A DNA stretch of 64,000 bases from Candidatus Latescibacterota bacterium (GCA_965198115.1 OZ240241.1:6144001-6208000); one strand, 5' to 3'; shown: positions 30,841 through 41,729, counted from the stretch's first letter. The notes: generated by a model not told the origin, from the letters alone. Made by a program: numbers and translations.

Positions 30841-32272
30841 CGGATCAACTGTGCGACCTCGGAAACTCTACACGACAAACTTCCGCTCCATCGACCCCGG
30901 CTGGGTCGAGCCAGATCCCGACGACTCCCGCGTGAGCCAAACGTCGGACGGTCTCATTCTCGATGCAGGCGACCTAATGGTCACTCTCGACGGCCCCGGG
31001 ATCCATACCAGAAACGGCGACATCATCGAATTGGGTTTCGAGATCGTCGGCGGTACGCGTGGCCGTATTTCGTTCGGCTTCACAGGCGGCATGGAATCAG
31101 CCGTCGCGACACTCGACCTCGCCAAACGGACCGCCGAGCTGCGAACCTCCGATTGGTCCTCACCTCAACCCGCCGATGCTCAGCGAACAACCCTCCGCCG
31201 AGTGAAACCACACATCCTCCGAATCGAGAAACGGGAGGGTGTCGGTAATCTCGTCAAAATGGCCGACATCAAAGTCATCCTGGATGATCGGGCGATCCTG
31301 AACGCGTCGGACGTCAACGTGCTACCCGAAATGGGTGTCCGGATCGGTGTCGAAGGATGTGCCGTCAGAATCAGGCACTTTACGCATCACGGAATACCGT
31401 CGCCCGTTCCCGAGTATCTGCACGTCGCGGGATGGCAGATCCTCAACCGGCCAGACATCGCTGCAAACGCAGCTTCACTCATCCGTGGCATCGAGGTCGC
31501 GGCCGAACGAGGCATTCGGCTTCTCGTCACTCCCGAGACCTCCCTAACCGGTCTCTTCCCTCGCGACGCGGTCACCCAGAGGCGGAAACCGATCGAAGCA
31601 GCCGAATCCAAACTTCGCCAGACCATCGGAGGAATCCGGAACGCCCCTTATTGTGTGGTCGGACTGCCCGTCTGGGAATCCCGCACCGACCACCGTCGCC
31701 GATCGACACGCTACAACGTCAGCCGCGTCTACGCCCCCGACGGCCACATTGTCGACACGTATCCCAAAATCCACTCCTGCGAGACCGAATTCTGGCACGG
31801 GTATCGACTCCAGGAGTTCGACGTCGACGGGGTCCCGATCTCCATGCACATCTGTCACGACGGACGTTATCCGGAAACCTGGACGCTCCCCGTCATGTTC
31901 GGAGCACGACTCATTCTCCATCCATCGAACGGCGGAATCGTCACCGGCAGTGTCGACGCCTTCGAGAAAGACGCCAGCCGGTCGACATCGACGTCACACG
32001 CATTCTACGTCAACGTCAACGGTGGCGGCGGCAGCTACATCGCGGGGCCTCAGAAATATGACAACGTGCTCGACGTCAGCGCCGAGTGCCGTCGCGACAA
32101 CACCGCCTTCCCGGTGGTCGGGCCGCCCGTCGAATGTCTGATCGAGTCATGCATCAGAATTGCGGATGCCTTCGGCTACTGGCCCGTTCGATCCTTCCGG
32201 GCCTCGGAGGAAGTCGCCGCCGCACAATCTGCCCTCTACCGCGCAGCTGGGGGACGTCGATCCAGGTCGTGA
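30833..32272 (+). CDS. Carbon-nitrogen hydrolase (nitrilase superfamily) with an extra N-terminal beta domain
   Basis: VTPETSLTG (Glu), YPKIH (Lys) and ICHDGRYPE (Cys); overlaps the bEBP stop. Confidence 0.88.
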   Translation: MLDGSTVRPRKLYTTNFRSIDPGWVEPDPDDSRVSQTSDGLILDAGDLMVTLDGPGIHTRNGDIIELGFEIVGGTRGRISFGFTGGMESAVATLDLAKRTAELRTSDWSSPQPADAQRTTLRRVKPHILRIEKREGVGNLVKMADIKVILDDRAILNASDVNVLPEMGVRIGVEGCAVRIRHFTHHGIPSPVPEYLHVAGWQILNRPDIAANAASLIRGIEVAAERGIRLLVTPETSLTGLFPRDAVTQRRKPIEAAESKLRQTIGGIRNAPYCVVGLPVWESRTDHRRRSTRYNVSRVYAPDGHIVDTYPKIHSCETEFWHGYRLQEFDVDGVPISMHICHDGRYPETWTLPVMFGARLILHPSNGGIVTGSVDAFEKDASRSTSTSHAFYVNVNGGGGSYIAGPQKYDNVLDVSAECRRDNTAFPVVGPPVECLIESCIRIADAFGYWPVRSFRASEEVAAAQSALYRAAGGRRSRS

Positions 32273-32787
32273 ACAGGACGAATGCCGGATCACCTGTGGT
32301 TCGATTTCTGAAGACGGCGTACTGGTCACCTCCCCACCCCTCGGCTGCATTCGCAGGACTGAGCGTTAAGTCGAACTCCCTGAACACGATCGGAAACCGA
32401 ACTCGCCAAGCGTGTCTTGATCGAGCAGCCCCCAGTCACTGGCGAAAGTCTCGAACCACACGTCGGGGATGTGTCAGAATCGAGCGTCAGGGTCTCGATG
32501 TGCTCATCGCAGAGTCACCCCTCGACCTGGACGCCTGGTTCGCCTACCTCGAAAAGGTCTGGAATCCGACTCCCATTCCACAGCCGGACCCGACTATCTC
32601 CGCAACACCGTTCGACTTCGACAGCGACCTCGAGATCGGATTCGGGGATTTCCTCCTCTTCGCGGCAGCCTTCGGAAGGAACGCATCCGACCCGGATTTC
32701 AATGCTCGGTTCGATGTGGATGGCGACGGAACAGTCGGTTTCTCCGACTTCGTGAACTTTGCCTCGGTTTTCGGACGACAGGTGTAG
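32262..32787. pseudogene. Rearranged remnant of a secreted LGE/GWGGD-motif protein with an EF-hand/dockerin-like tail
   Basis: Minus strand about 32262-32472: DTLGEFG..AAEGWGGDQY..FTTW; plus strand 32473-32787: VRIERQGLDVLI..DFDSDLEIGFGDF..DVDGDGTVGFSDF. Confidence 0.6.
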
Positions 32788-32923
32788 AAAGCTGTAAATG
32801 GGACTCCTCCAGATTCTCCAACCTCTGAAGTAGCCCTCATACAGACGCAAAGCGGCCTGGCTGCCCTTCGACTCGTGTTCAGGGTAACCAGGCCGTCGTG
32901 TTGCTTTTTAACGGCAGCGAAGC

Positions 32924-34761
32924 TCAACAACGTTTGATCACGACCACCGTCACATCATCCGCCCTGGGCGCATCGCCGCGAAAGGTGTTCACATCGCCGG
33001 CGACGGCGTCGACGATCTCCTCTGCCGAGTCCTTGCCCCGCTCACTCAGAACGGCTTCCAGACGCTCCTCCTCATAGAACTCGTCCTCCACATTCCTGCA
33101 CTCAATAACACCATCTGAATACAGAACCAGAGATTGCCCAGTCTCCAGCATCAGCTCCTCATCCAGATAGGATGTTTCGGCAGGAACCACCGCGAGACCG
33201 ATCGGTAGGCCGTCATATGGCAGCTGATTGATCGTACCATCCGTTGAGCAGACATAGGCGACGGGTGACCCGCGTTCGCCATCGTGACTTTCCCCGTCTG
33301 AACGTCCAGAACCGCCATAAATGCGGTCGCGAACATATGACTCTCGATCCGTCCGTGGAGGGACCGGTGCAGTCCGGACAGAATCTTCGACGGGTATCGA
33401 TTTGTCCGCGCTTCGTAGAAAAACATCTCGTTCAGCCGAATGGTGATGCCGGCCGCCTGCATGCCTTTACCCGAAACATCGGCGGCGAGGATGCCGAGCT
33501 GAGTTTTCTCGGCGTCCAGCCACTCGTAGCTGAAGTAGTCACCTCCGACCTCGCTCGCCGGCTCGCAAGTACCCGCAATGTCGAAGCCCTCCACTTCCGG
33601 ACTGCTCGAAGGCATCAGACTCATCTGGATCTTGTGAGCGGTCGCGAGCTCCAGGTCCATCCGTTCCTGCTCTACCATCTCTTCGTGCAACTGGGCGATC
33701 TCAAGCGCCAGCGTCACCTGATCGGCGAAGCGTTGAAGTGTTTCGAGATCCCCGAACCCCACTGACCGTCCGGATTGGCTCCGATCAGCCGCCATCACAC
33801 CCAGAGGGACGTCGTCCGATCGAAGCGGAACAGCCACGAACGCCTGGATGTTCAGGTGGCCTATCGCCGTTCGATCCAGCACGATGTCGGATTTTGCAAC
33901 GTCGTCGATCAGGACCGGTTGATTCGTGACGGCGCAACGAACCTGAATGCTCATCTCATCAGTCAGGGGCCGTTGCCAATGTCGGAGAAACGATGCGTCG
34001 TGCACCGTGCCTCCGACGATGCGACCGTTCCCCAAAACTTGACGTTCCTGATCGACCTGAACCAGCCACGCCCGATCGAACCCCAACAGCTGCACGACAG
34101 CACTCAATGCACTCTCGATGGTTTTCTCCACATCGAGTGCGGTCACGAGGGTACGTCCCACTTCTTGAAGTCGGCTCAGTTCGTCCATCCGTCGCTGCAG
34201 CGCGGTGCTCAACTCGATCGCCTCGGTATGCGATCGGGCGTTCTTCACGCCCACAGCGACGAAGTTCGACACAGCTCCGATGAGCTCTTCATCCTCCGAG
34301 ATGAAGGCGTTGCCGTCCGTTCGGTTGAGTGCTTGCAGGACGCCCACAACCCGGCCCTCGATTCGCAGAGGGGCCGCCAGAATCGACCGGGTCACGAATC
34401 CCGTCGTCTGATCGATCAGCTTGTAGTGTCGGTTGTCCTGTTCCACGTCCGGGACGTTCGCGATCTCTCCATTCGTAACCACCCACCCCGCGATGCCTTG
34501 GTTCTTCGGAAAACGGAGACCTTCGCGATCGGGGAACCGCTCGATCTCCAGGTTCGGTGAAATCTCGATCACCAGCTCATCGCGCCTCTCGTCCAGAAGA
34601 ATGACCGAAACCGCCTCGCATCCGAGTAGTTGGCCGACCTTTTCCGTGATCCGCTCGAGCACCTGACCGCGATCCAGACTCGAGTTGATCAGTGTCCCGG
34701 CTTCGACCAGTCCGTTCAGACGTTGAATCTTCTTTTCCAGGTCGACAACAGGCTGGTCCAC
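32924..34761 (-). pseudogene. GAF-GAF-SpoIIE (RsbU-like PP2C) phosphatase; frameshift near 33257
   Basis: Two GAF domains; EVGGDYF, ADVSGKG, NAGHP then LYSDGVIE and DDVTVVVI in a second frame. Confidence 0.88.
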
Positions 34762-34860
34762 GGATGTCCATCCTCTCAAAAGAATCAGACAAGCACTTCT
34801 CTAATATCGCTTGCTATCGTCGGGCGTTTCAACAGATTTGATAGCGTGACGTTTTTTAAA

Positions 34861-36280
34861 GGCTCTATCCGGGTTTCTCAACGGTGAAACTATAGAATGA
34901 CAAGGTCATAGATCGTTCCCTACGCTTGGTTGTGTGTGTAGGACAATCAAAGCGAAGGGGGTGCGACCTATGACCGGGAGCAGATTACTATCGAAACTGC
35001 TGAGATTCAAGGGGTTCCGTGTTGTCAGCTGGTGGTTTGAGGGGAGAAGCTGTTTCGTCATCGCCGTAAAGCCACATAAGAATGGTTGTTGTTGTCCGGA
35101 GTGCGGCCGTCGAGGTAAAATCGTCCGCACAATGCCCCATCCGCGTCGGTGGCGTGACATTCCGGTGTGCGGGTGGAGGGTCTGGCTTCTCTACCATCCT
35201 CGGGAGATTCGGTGTCCTACCCACGGTCGTGTGGTCGAGGAGATTCCGTGGGCGGAGCGGTTCTCTCGGGTGACGTATCGCTTCGAGTATGCCATGCTGC
35301 GCTACTGCCAGACCATGACGCAGAAGGCGGCGTCCGAGTTACTGCGCATCTCTGCCTCGACGCTGTCGGATCTCCTTCACCGATCCATCACGCGGCTTCG
35401 TGAAGGTCATCGTATCCGAGGGCTCAAAACCATCGGGATCGACGAGATCTCCTACGCCAAGCGTCACAGGTACGCCACGCTCGTTTACGATCTGGACCGC
35501 TCCTGCGTGGTGTGGGTTGGCCGCGGCAGGGCGCGTAAAACGATCGATCGGTTCTTCACAGAGGCTCTCAGTCCCTACCGGAGATCCAAGATCGAGTGGG
35601 CCTGCTGCGACATGAGCGAAGCTTACATCGGAGCCATCCAGGAACACTGTCCGAATGCCAAGCTGGTCCTCGATCGCTTTCACATCGTCAAGGCTCTCAA
35701 TGCCGCCGTTGACGAGGTCCGTAAGGACCAGTGGCGTAAAGCTGCCCCGGATGAGCGCAAAGCCATGAAGGGCCTCCGATGGCTCCTCTACCGGCACTCA
35801 GCGACACGCTCCAGAGGGGATACTCGGACACTCGAAGCACTGGAGAAGGCGAACTACCGAATCTATAGAGCCTGGAGACTCAAGGACGAGTTCGAGCAGT
35901 TCTGGGAATACAAAGCGCCCTGGGCTGCCGAACGCTTCCTGAAATGCTGGACGACGTCCGCACTCAGAAGTCGACTTGAACCCCTGCGAAAGTTCGTCAG
36001 GACCCTGCGACAGCACTTCTTCGGCGTCCTCGCATTCGTGAACACGCGTCTTACCAACGCCATCGCCGAAGGCCTCAACCGAATCGTCCAAATCGTCAAG
36101 AACCGAGCCAGCGGATTCCGCACACTCGACGCATTCAACGATATGATCTTCCTTACCGTCGGAGACATAAACATCCCTGAGCAGATTCCGAAGAGGTTCC
36201 GCACACTCTAACCGCGCCCCCATGCCAGGAACCACGGCACCTTCACCCACTTCATCTCGTTGAGAGATCCGGATATAGCC
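34861..36280 (+). mobile_element. ISL3-family IS, copy 3 (1420 bp)
   Basis: Same IRs as copy 2; 8-bp TSD TTTTTAAA at 34853-60 and 36281-88. Confidence 0.98.
34934..36211 (+). CDS. ISL3-family transposase
   Basis: Full-length ORF; differs from copy 2 at two residues. Confidence 0.96.
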   Translation: MCRTIKAKGVRPMTGSRLLSKLLRFKGFRVVSWWFEGRSCFVIAVKPHKNGCCCPECGRRGKIVRTMPHPRRWRDIPVCGWRVWLLYHPREIRCPTHGRVVEEIPWAERFSRVTYRFEYAMLRYCQTMTQKAASELLRISASTLSDLLHRSITRLREGHRIRGLKTIGIDEISYAKRHRYATLVYDLDRSCVVWVGRGRARKTIDRFFTEALSPYRRSKIEWACCDMSEAYIGAIQEHCPNAKLVLDRFHIVKALNAAVDEVRKDQWRKAAPDERKAMKGLRWLLYRHSATRSRGDTRTLEALEKANYRIYRAWRLKDEFEQFWEYKAPWAAERFLKCWTTSALRSRLEPLRKFVRTLRQHFFGVLAFVNTRLTNAIAEGLNRIVQIVKNRASGFRTLDAFNDMIFLTVGDINIPEQIPKRFRTL

Positions 36281-36312
36281 TTTTTAAAGATGCTCAACCC
36301 GTGAGGCACTTT

Positions 36313-37668
36313 ATGCGCGTGAGTAGTACCTGTCTAGCTTTGTTTCTTTCTGTATCCACCCTATGGGGAAGTGAAAACTGGCCGCAGTGGCGCGGCACGG
36401 ACATGAACGGCATCAGCCTCGCCCAAGGTCTTCCCAGCGACTGGAGCACCGACAGAAACGTCGTGTGGAAAACCGAGCTTCCGACCTGGAGCGGCGGAAC
36501 GCCCATTATCCACGGTGACTGGATCTTCCTCACATCCCCGAGCCAATCCGATCCTCAACCAGAACGTGTCGAAGAACCCGAGCCAAGACCGAACGAGCGT
36601 AGACGTCGACGCAGGGGACCCCGTCGAAACCCGGGTGGCCAGGACCTGTTGCTCATCGCCTTTTCACGCAGCGACGGAACGGAGAAATGGCGAACCGTCG
36701 TGGACACGGGAAACGCTCTCCATCGCAAACACAACAACACTTCTCCTTCGCCTGTCACCGACGGCCAACACGTCTGGGTCGTCACCGGAACGGGTCAGGT
36801 CGCCGCCTACACCGTCCAGGGAAAGAAGCTATGGACGTTCAACCTTCAGGACGTCTACGGCGACTTCGGCCTGATGTGGGGCTACGGCTCGTCCCCACTC
36901 CTCTATAAGGACAGATTGATCATCGAAATTCTACACGGGATGCATACCGATCTGCCGTCCTACGTCGCTGCTTACGACAAGATGACGGGCGAGCGCCTCT
37001 GGAAGCACCTTCGTAGAACAGATGCTCCGATGGAATCTCCGGACGCTTACACCACACCCGTTCTACTCACGCACGGCGGCAAAGATGAGATCATCATCTC
37101 CGGGGCGGACTACGTGACGGGCCACGACCCGGATACGGGTGCTGAGCTCTGGCGATCAGGTGGGATGAATCCTGAAGGAAAGGGAAATCACCTGACTGCA
37201 GGCTCACCCGTTGTCGCAGACGGTATCGTTTTCGCAACGGCCAGGAAGAAACCCATTCTGGCGATCCGTGGGGGAGGCGCCGGTGACGTCACGGATAGTC
37301 ATCTGGTGTGGAAGTGGAATGGACCAGCCGGACCCGATGTCCCGTCACCCGTCACCGACGGAAAATACTTCTATATGGCCGACGATCGAGGGCTTGTGAG
37401 TTGCCTCAACGCAAAGACGGGTGAAACCATCTGGGGTCCCGAACGCACGATCCAGGGAACCGTTAGTTCGTCACCCGTCTTGGCCGACGGCAAGCTCTAC
37501 ATCCTGAACGAAAACGGCGTCACCACGGTGGTCAAAGCTGGACCCGAGTTCAAGCATCTCGCGACGAACGAGCTCGACGGCAGCTACACGTTATCATCCC
37601 CGGCTGTCGCGGGGAATCGGATCTTTATTCGAACGGGCAACTACCTCTATTGCATCGGTGAAGGATGA
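36313..37668 (+). CDS. Secreted PQQ-like beta-propeller (BamB-like) protein
   Basis: Signal peptide, ENWPQWRG and repeated SSP..DG..Y/TGE..W blades. Confidence 0.9.
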   Translation: MRVSSTCLALFLSVSTLWGSENWPQWRGTDMNGISLAQGLPSDWSTDRNVVWKTELPTWSGGTPIIHGDWIFLTSPSQSDPQPERVEEPEPRPNERRRRRRGPRRNPGGQDLLLIAFSRSDGTEKWRTVVDTGNALHRKHNNTSPSPVTDGQHVWVVTGTGQVAAYTVQGKKLWTFNLQDVYGDFGLMWGYGSSPLLYKDRLIIEILHGMHTDLPSYVAAYDKMTGERLWKHLRRTDAPMESPDAYTTPVLLTHGGKDEIIISGADYVTGHDPDTGAELWRSGGMNPEGKGNHLTAGSPVVADGIVFATARKKPILAIRGGGAGDVTDSHLVWKWNGPAGPDVPSPVTDGKYFYMADDRGLVSCLNAKTGETIWGPERTIQGTVSSSPVLADGKLYILNENGVTTVVKAGPEFKHLATNELDGSYTLSSPAVAGNRIFIRTGNYLYCIGEG

Positions 37669-37856
37669 GTCGAACGCAGACTCCGCGTGATTTCATAAGA
37701 CGGAGTGGAGCAGCGCTGGCAGCCGCTTCACGGGTCGTTTGTGTCAGGATGTTCAGGGTCTACCAGACATAGGTCGATTTTTCTCGCTGGGTCTTTCCCG
37801 GCAAACAGATAACGGTTCACGGCCAACGCTACCACCATTCTCCCGAGGTCTTCACA

Positions 37857-38885
37857 ATGCCCGAACAAACCGCCAACGCCACCTGGGACCCTCAATCCCC
37901 TCATATGCACGTCGGCACCCAACGATTCGAGGTAAATGACGAACACCTCGGTTTTCTCGCCCGCTGCGGCGTCAACGCCATGGCCGTCAACGACATCACA
38001 TTCCACCGCGACATTGGCTGGGACGTCGAAGAGCTCGCCGCGAAAAAAGCGAAAGCAGCCGAATATGGTGTCGATATGGAAATGGCCGCGCTACCGCTCC
38101 ACGATCTCAGCGATGACGGCGAGTGGGTGCCTCACTATATGCGCGGGAACTGGGAAAAGGGCGAGAAGGAAGTCGATCTCGTCTGCAAGATGGTCAGGGC
38201 AGCCGGAGAGGCCGGTATTCCCGCCATCAAGTACTTCCTTTGCGAAATGGAAAACCAGCGAACCGAATCGATCCCCCTCGGGCGAGGGGACTTGCGTTAC
38301 TCTACCTGGGACCTCTCAAAGGCCGACGCCGACACCCAGCGTTGGGAAGAGCCCGTCTCTACCGATCAAAACTGGGAACGCGTCACCTTTTTCCTCGAAC
38401 GCGTCATCCCCGTCGCCGAGGAATACAAAGTTCGAATGGCCTGTCACCCTTGCGATCCCTTTCTGCCGCCGGGTTACAAGGGCGTCGATCGCGTACTCGG
38501 CGGGTTCGACGGCTTTCGTCACTTCATCGAAATCTGCCCGAGCGACTACCACGGCCTCAACCTCTGTCTCGGTTGTATGGCCGAAAGCGTCAAAAACCCG
38601 CGTGAGGAAGTCCCCAACATCCTCCGCTACTTCGGCGAGCGAAAAAAGATCCACCTCATCCACTTCCGCAACATCGTCGGCGGCCAGCACAAGTTCCAGG
38701 AAGTCTATCCCGACGAAGGCGACATGGACATGTTCATCCTCGCCCAAACGCTCAGGGAGGTCGGGTATCCCCACATGATGGTCCCCGACCACGCCCCTGG
38801 TCACGACGCACCCGGTCATATGGAGCAGGCCTTCGCCTATCAGTTCGGCTACATCAAGTCCGCGATCCAGGCCGTGAACAGATAG
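37857..38885 (+). CDS. Mannonate dehydratase (UxuA)-family protein
   Basis: PVAEEYKVRMACHPCDP, GLNLCLGC, IHFRN, DEGDMDM and PDHAP motifs; substrate unproven. Confidence 0.85.
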   Translation: MPEQTANATWDPQSPHMHVGTQRFEVNDEHLGFLARCGVNAMAVNDITFHRDIGWDVEELAAKKAKAAEYGVDMEMAALPLHDLSDDGEWVPHYMRGNWEKGEKEVDLVCKMVRAAGEAGIPAIKYFLCEMENQRTESIPLGRGDLRYSTWDLSKADADTQRWEEPVSTDQNWERVTFFLERVIPVAEEYKVRMACHPCDPFLPPGYKGVDRVLGGFDGFRHFIEICPSDYHGLNLCLGCMAESVKNPREEVPNILRYFGERKKIHLIHFRNIVGGQHKFQEVYPDEGDMDMFILAQTLREVGYPHMMVPDHAPGHDAPGHMEQAFAYQFGYIKSAIQAVNR

Positions 38886-38925
38886 CGTCAATCCCACGCT
38901 CTTCAGGAACCTTGACGACCCCCTG

Positions 38926-39759
38926 ATGCCTCACCCGACTCCCACCTGGACCCCGCTTGAGGCGGACACCGCCACCATCGCACGCCAGTACCCCGAGCCT
39001 TTGATGGCGCTGGCCGAGGGAGTTGTTCCGGCCTTCGTTTTGCGCGGTGCCTATCCGGAGAAGGACTGTCGTGCCCTGATGGAACGGTTCGACGCACTCG
39101 GCTACTTCCGTCGCGAGACGGTAGGCGTGGAATCACAACTCAGCGGCGGCTCCTACCTTGACCTGGGCACGAGTCTGGGAAGAATGGGAGCGGACCGGGA
39201 GGCGTTCTTCGAACACGCCGAACGCACCCACGAGCTCTTTCCTCGCCTGTTCGAGGGACTCGCAGACCCAGTCGCGGCAATCTACCGCAACCTTTCCGCA
39301 CTCGCCGTGGGCAAACAGATCCGGAACGCCGTATCCACCGACGAACGGCCGTATGGTCCTGCCATCTTCCGGGTCTACCAGAGCGAGGAAGGTCACCGGC
39401 CCCATTACGATTCCGTGCGGCGTCGGGGCACCTCCAACTACGAGGTGGCGCGCTTCGCACATCAATTCGCGGGTGTGCTGTGCGTCAAGAAAGGCTCCGT
39501 TGGCGGCGACTCCGTCCTCTACCGCGCGAAAGCTGAAGGAGAGGTGGAAGACGTGCTCGGGCGAGGTGAGTTCGAGTCATACGCCATGGATCAAGACATC
39601 CCCTCCGTCCGAGTCGAGCTGGATGCGGGTGACCTCTACTTCTTCTACACTGAAAACGTCCACGAAGTTCCCCGAACGGAGCGGTCCGATACCCGCGTCG
39701 TCTTCGCGGTATTCATCGCTACGTCCCCGGATGACAGAGAAGTCTACGTTTGGTCATAG
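38926..39759 (+). CDS. 2OG-Fe(II) oxygenase-like protein
   Basis: HYD...GDLYFF...HEV...R pattern (HxD..H..R). Confidence 0.7.
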   Translation: MPHPTPTWTPLEADTATIARQYPEPLMALAEGVVPAFVLRGAYPEKDCRALMERFDALGYFRRETVGVESQLSGGSYLDLGTSLGRMGADREAFFEHAERTHELFPRLFEGLADPVAAIYRNLSALAVGKQIRNAVSTDERPYGPAIFRVYQSEEGHRPHYDSVRRRGTSNYEVARFAHQFAGVLCVKKGSVGGDSVLYRAKAEGEVEDVLGRGEFESYAMDQDIPSVRVELDAGDLYFFYTENVHEVPRTERSDTRVVFAVFIATSPDDREVYVWS

Positions 39760-39932
39760 CCGGAGTCCGTTGGCCGAGTGAGTTCCTGGCATCGTCCACA
39801 GGTTGCGCAAAATTTTCGCTGCCAGTTCAAGCGAAGTCATCACCTGCAAACAGAAATGGCGACTCGATAGACCATCGAATCGCCACGCCCGCCGGGGCAC
39901 TATGCGCGAAAGTGGGCTCTCCCACTCAAGGT

Positions 39933-41729
39933 TTACGCACTGTACTGTAGCTGGTATAGCCTCGAATAGATCCCGTTGGCTCCGAGAAGCTCCTCGTGCG
40001 TCCCTTCCTCCCTTATTTCCCCGTGGTGCAACACGAGAATCTTGTCCGCGTTTCGGATCGTCGATAGCCGGTGCGCGATGACGATAGAGGTGCGGAATCG
40101 CATCAGGTTTTCCACCGCCTCCTGGATCCACACTTCCGTCTCTGTGTCCACGTTCGACGTAGCCTCGTCCAGCACCAGGATCTCAGGGTCCGCGGCAAGC
40201 GCACGAGCAAAGGACAGCAGTTGCCGCTGACCAACTGAAAGGGTCGCACCCCGCTCGTGGACTTCCTGACTGTAACCATTCGGTAGCTTGTCGATGAATC
40301 GATCCGCATTCACGTCTTGCGCGGCCTTCACAACCTGCTCGCGGGTCACATCCGGTTCCCCCAGGCTGATGTTGCTCTCGATGTCGCCGGCGAACAGGAA
40401 CACGTCCTGTTGAACGACACCCACCAGGCGTCGTAGTTCCGCAACATCCCACTCACGGATGTCCACGCCGTCCACAAGAACCGCACCTCGGTGGATCGGG
40501 TAAAAACCGCACACGAGGTTGATAATGGTGCTTTTGCCAGCCCCCGTCGCACCCACGATGGCCAAGCTTTGACCCGGCGTGACCGTGAACGACACACCCC
40601 GCAGCACCCATTCATCATCGTCGTAAGCAAACCAGACGTCGCGAAACTCGATCTCTCCCCTGACCTCGTCGGGGATGTGCTCGCCACCTTCCGTCTCCAG
40701 TGGCGTATCGAGCAATTCGAAGATGCGCTCTGAGGAAGCCATCGCTGTCTGGATCGTCTGATATCGATCCGCCATATCTCGAAGCGGCATGAAGAACCGC
40801 GGCACGTACTGCAACATGGCCACGAGTACACCCCACTCCACGGTACCCTGGACGACCTCTGCACCCCCGTACCACAAAACGAGCCCCATCAACAGCACGC
40901 CACAAAGTTCCATGAAGGGGAAGTAGATCGAGTGGTAAAGCGTGGAATACATCCGTGCATCCGTGTAGCTGTTGTTCGCGTCCTCGAAACGGCCCGAGCA
41001 CCGTTCCTCGAACCCGAACAGCTTGACCACTTCCATCCCGTAGACGGTTTCCTGCAGTGTCGCGGCAAATCGTCCGAAGCGCACTCGAGCGATCCGAAAA
41101 GCGTAGAACGTCTTCTGCTGCAACCACCAGGTGGCGGCGGCGGCAAAAGGTAGCGCGACCGCGGTAACAACACCCAGCTCGATATCCATGTAGAAGATGA
41201 AGGCCAGGATGGCAACGACGGTCAGGACGTCGTTCAGGATGGACACCACGGCGTCCGTGAACATTTCGTTCAGGGCGTCCACATCATTCGTATTCATCGC
41301 CATCAGCCGGCCAATGGGCGTACGGTCGAAGAACTTCAACGGCAGTCCCTGGAGGTGCGAAAACATTTCCAGCCGCACATCCCGCATGGCCCACTGACCG
41401 ATCATGTTCGTCGCCCAGCTCTGCCAGTAACCCACCACAAACTGCACGAACAGCAGACCGACGTAGAGAACGATCAGCCAGCCGAAGCCGTCGAAGATGC
41501 CAGGCTCGATATAATCGTCCACAGCGACCTTGGTGATGTACGGTCCGGCCTGACGTGTCGTCGAGGCCACGATGATCAGCATGAACGTCAACGCCACCCA
41601 ACGAAGATAGGGCTTTAGGTAACTCAGAAGCCGTGCCATCAACCCCAGATCTAGACCCTTGGCCTGTAGCTCGTCTTCCTGCACGCCAGGTCTGCCCGAC
41701 ATCGTGTGCCTGCCTCCGCCTCCAATCAT
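39933..41729 (-). CDS. ABC exporter half-transporter (degenerate LSVGQ subunit)
   Basis: TMD plus GATGAGKST, LSVGQRQ, LDEAT and IAHRLSTI. Confidence 0.95.
   Translation of the reverse strand: MIGGGGRHTMSGRPGVQEDELQAKGLDLGLMARLLSYLKPYLRWVALTFMLIIVASTTRQAGPYITKVAVDDYIEPGIFDGFGWLIVLYVGLLFVQFVVGYWQSWATNMIGQWAMRDVRLEMFSHLQGLPLKFFDRTPIGRLMAMNTNDVDALNEMFTDAVVSILNDVLTVVAILAFIFYMDIELGVVTAVALPFAAAATWWLQQKTFYAFRIARVRFGRFAATLQETVYGMEVVKLFGFEERCSGRFEDANNSYTDARMYSTLYHSIYFPFMELCGVLLMGLVLWYGGAEVVQGTVEWGVLVAMLQYVPRFFMPLRDMADRYQTIQTAMASSERIFELLDTPLETEGGEHIPDEVRGEIEFRDVWFAYDDDEWVLRGVSFTVTPGQSLAIVGATGAGKSTIINLVCGFYPIHRGAVLVDGVDIREWDVAELRRLVGVVQQDVFLFAGDIESNISLGEPDVTREQVVKAAQDVNADRFIDKLPNGYSQEVHERGATLSVGQRQLLSFARALAADPEILVLDEATSNVDTETEVWIQEAVENLMRFRTSIVIAHRLSTIRNADKILVLHHGEIREEGTHEELLGANGIYSRLYQLQYSA

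Noticed and set aside
39804-39820. TGCGCAAAATT resembling the proposed UAS
   Set aside because: It is a single copy between convergent gene ends with no correctly spaced -24/-12 box nearby.
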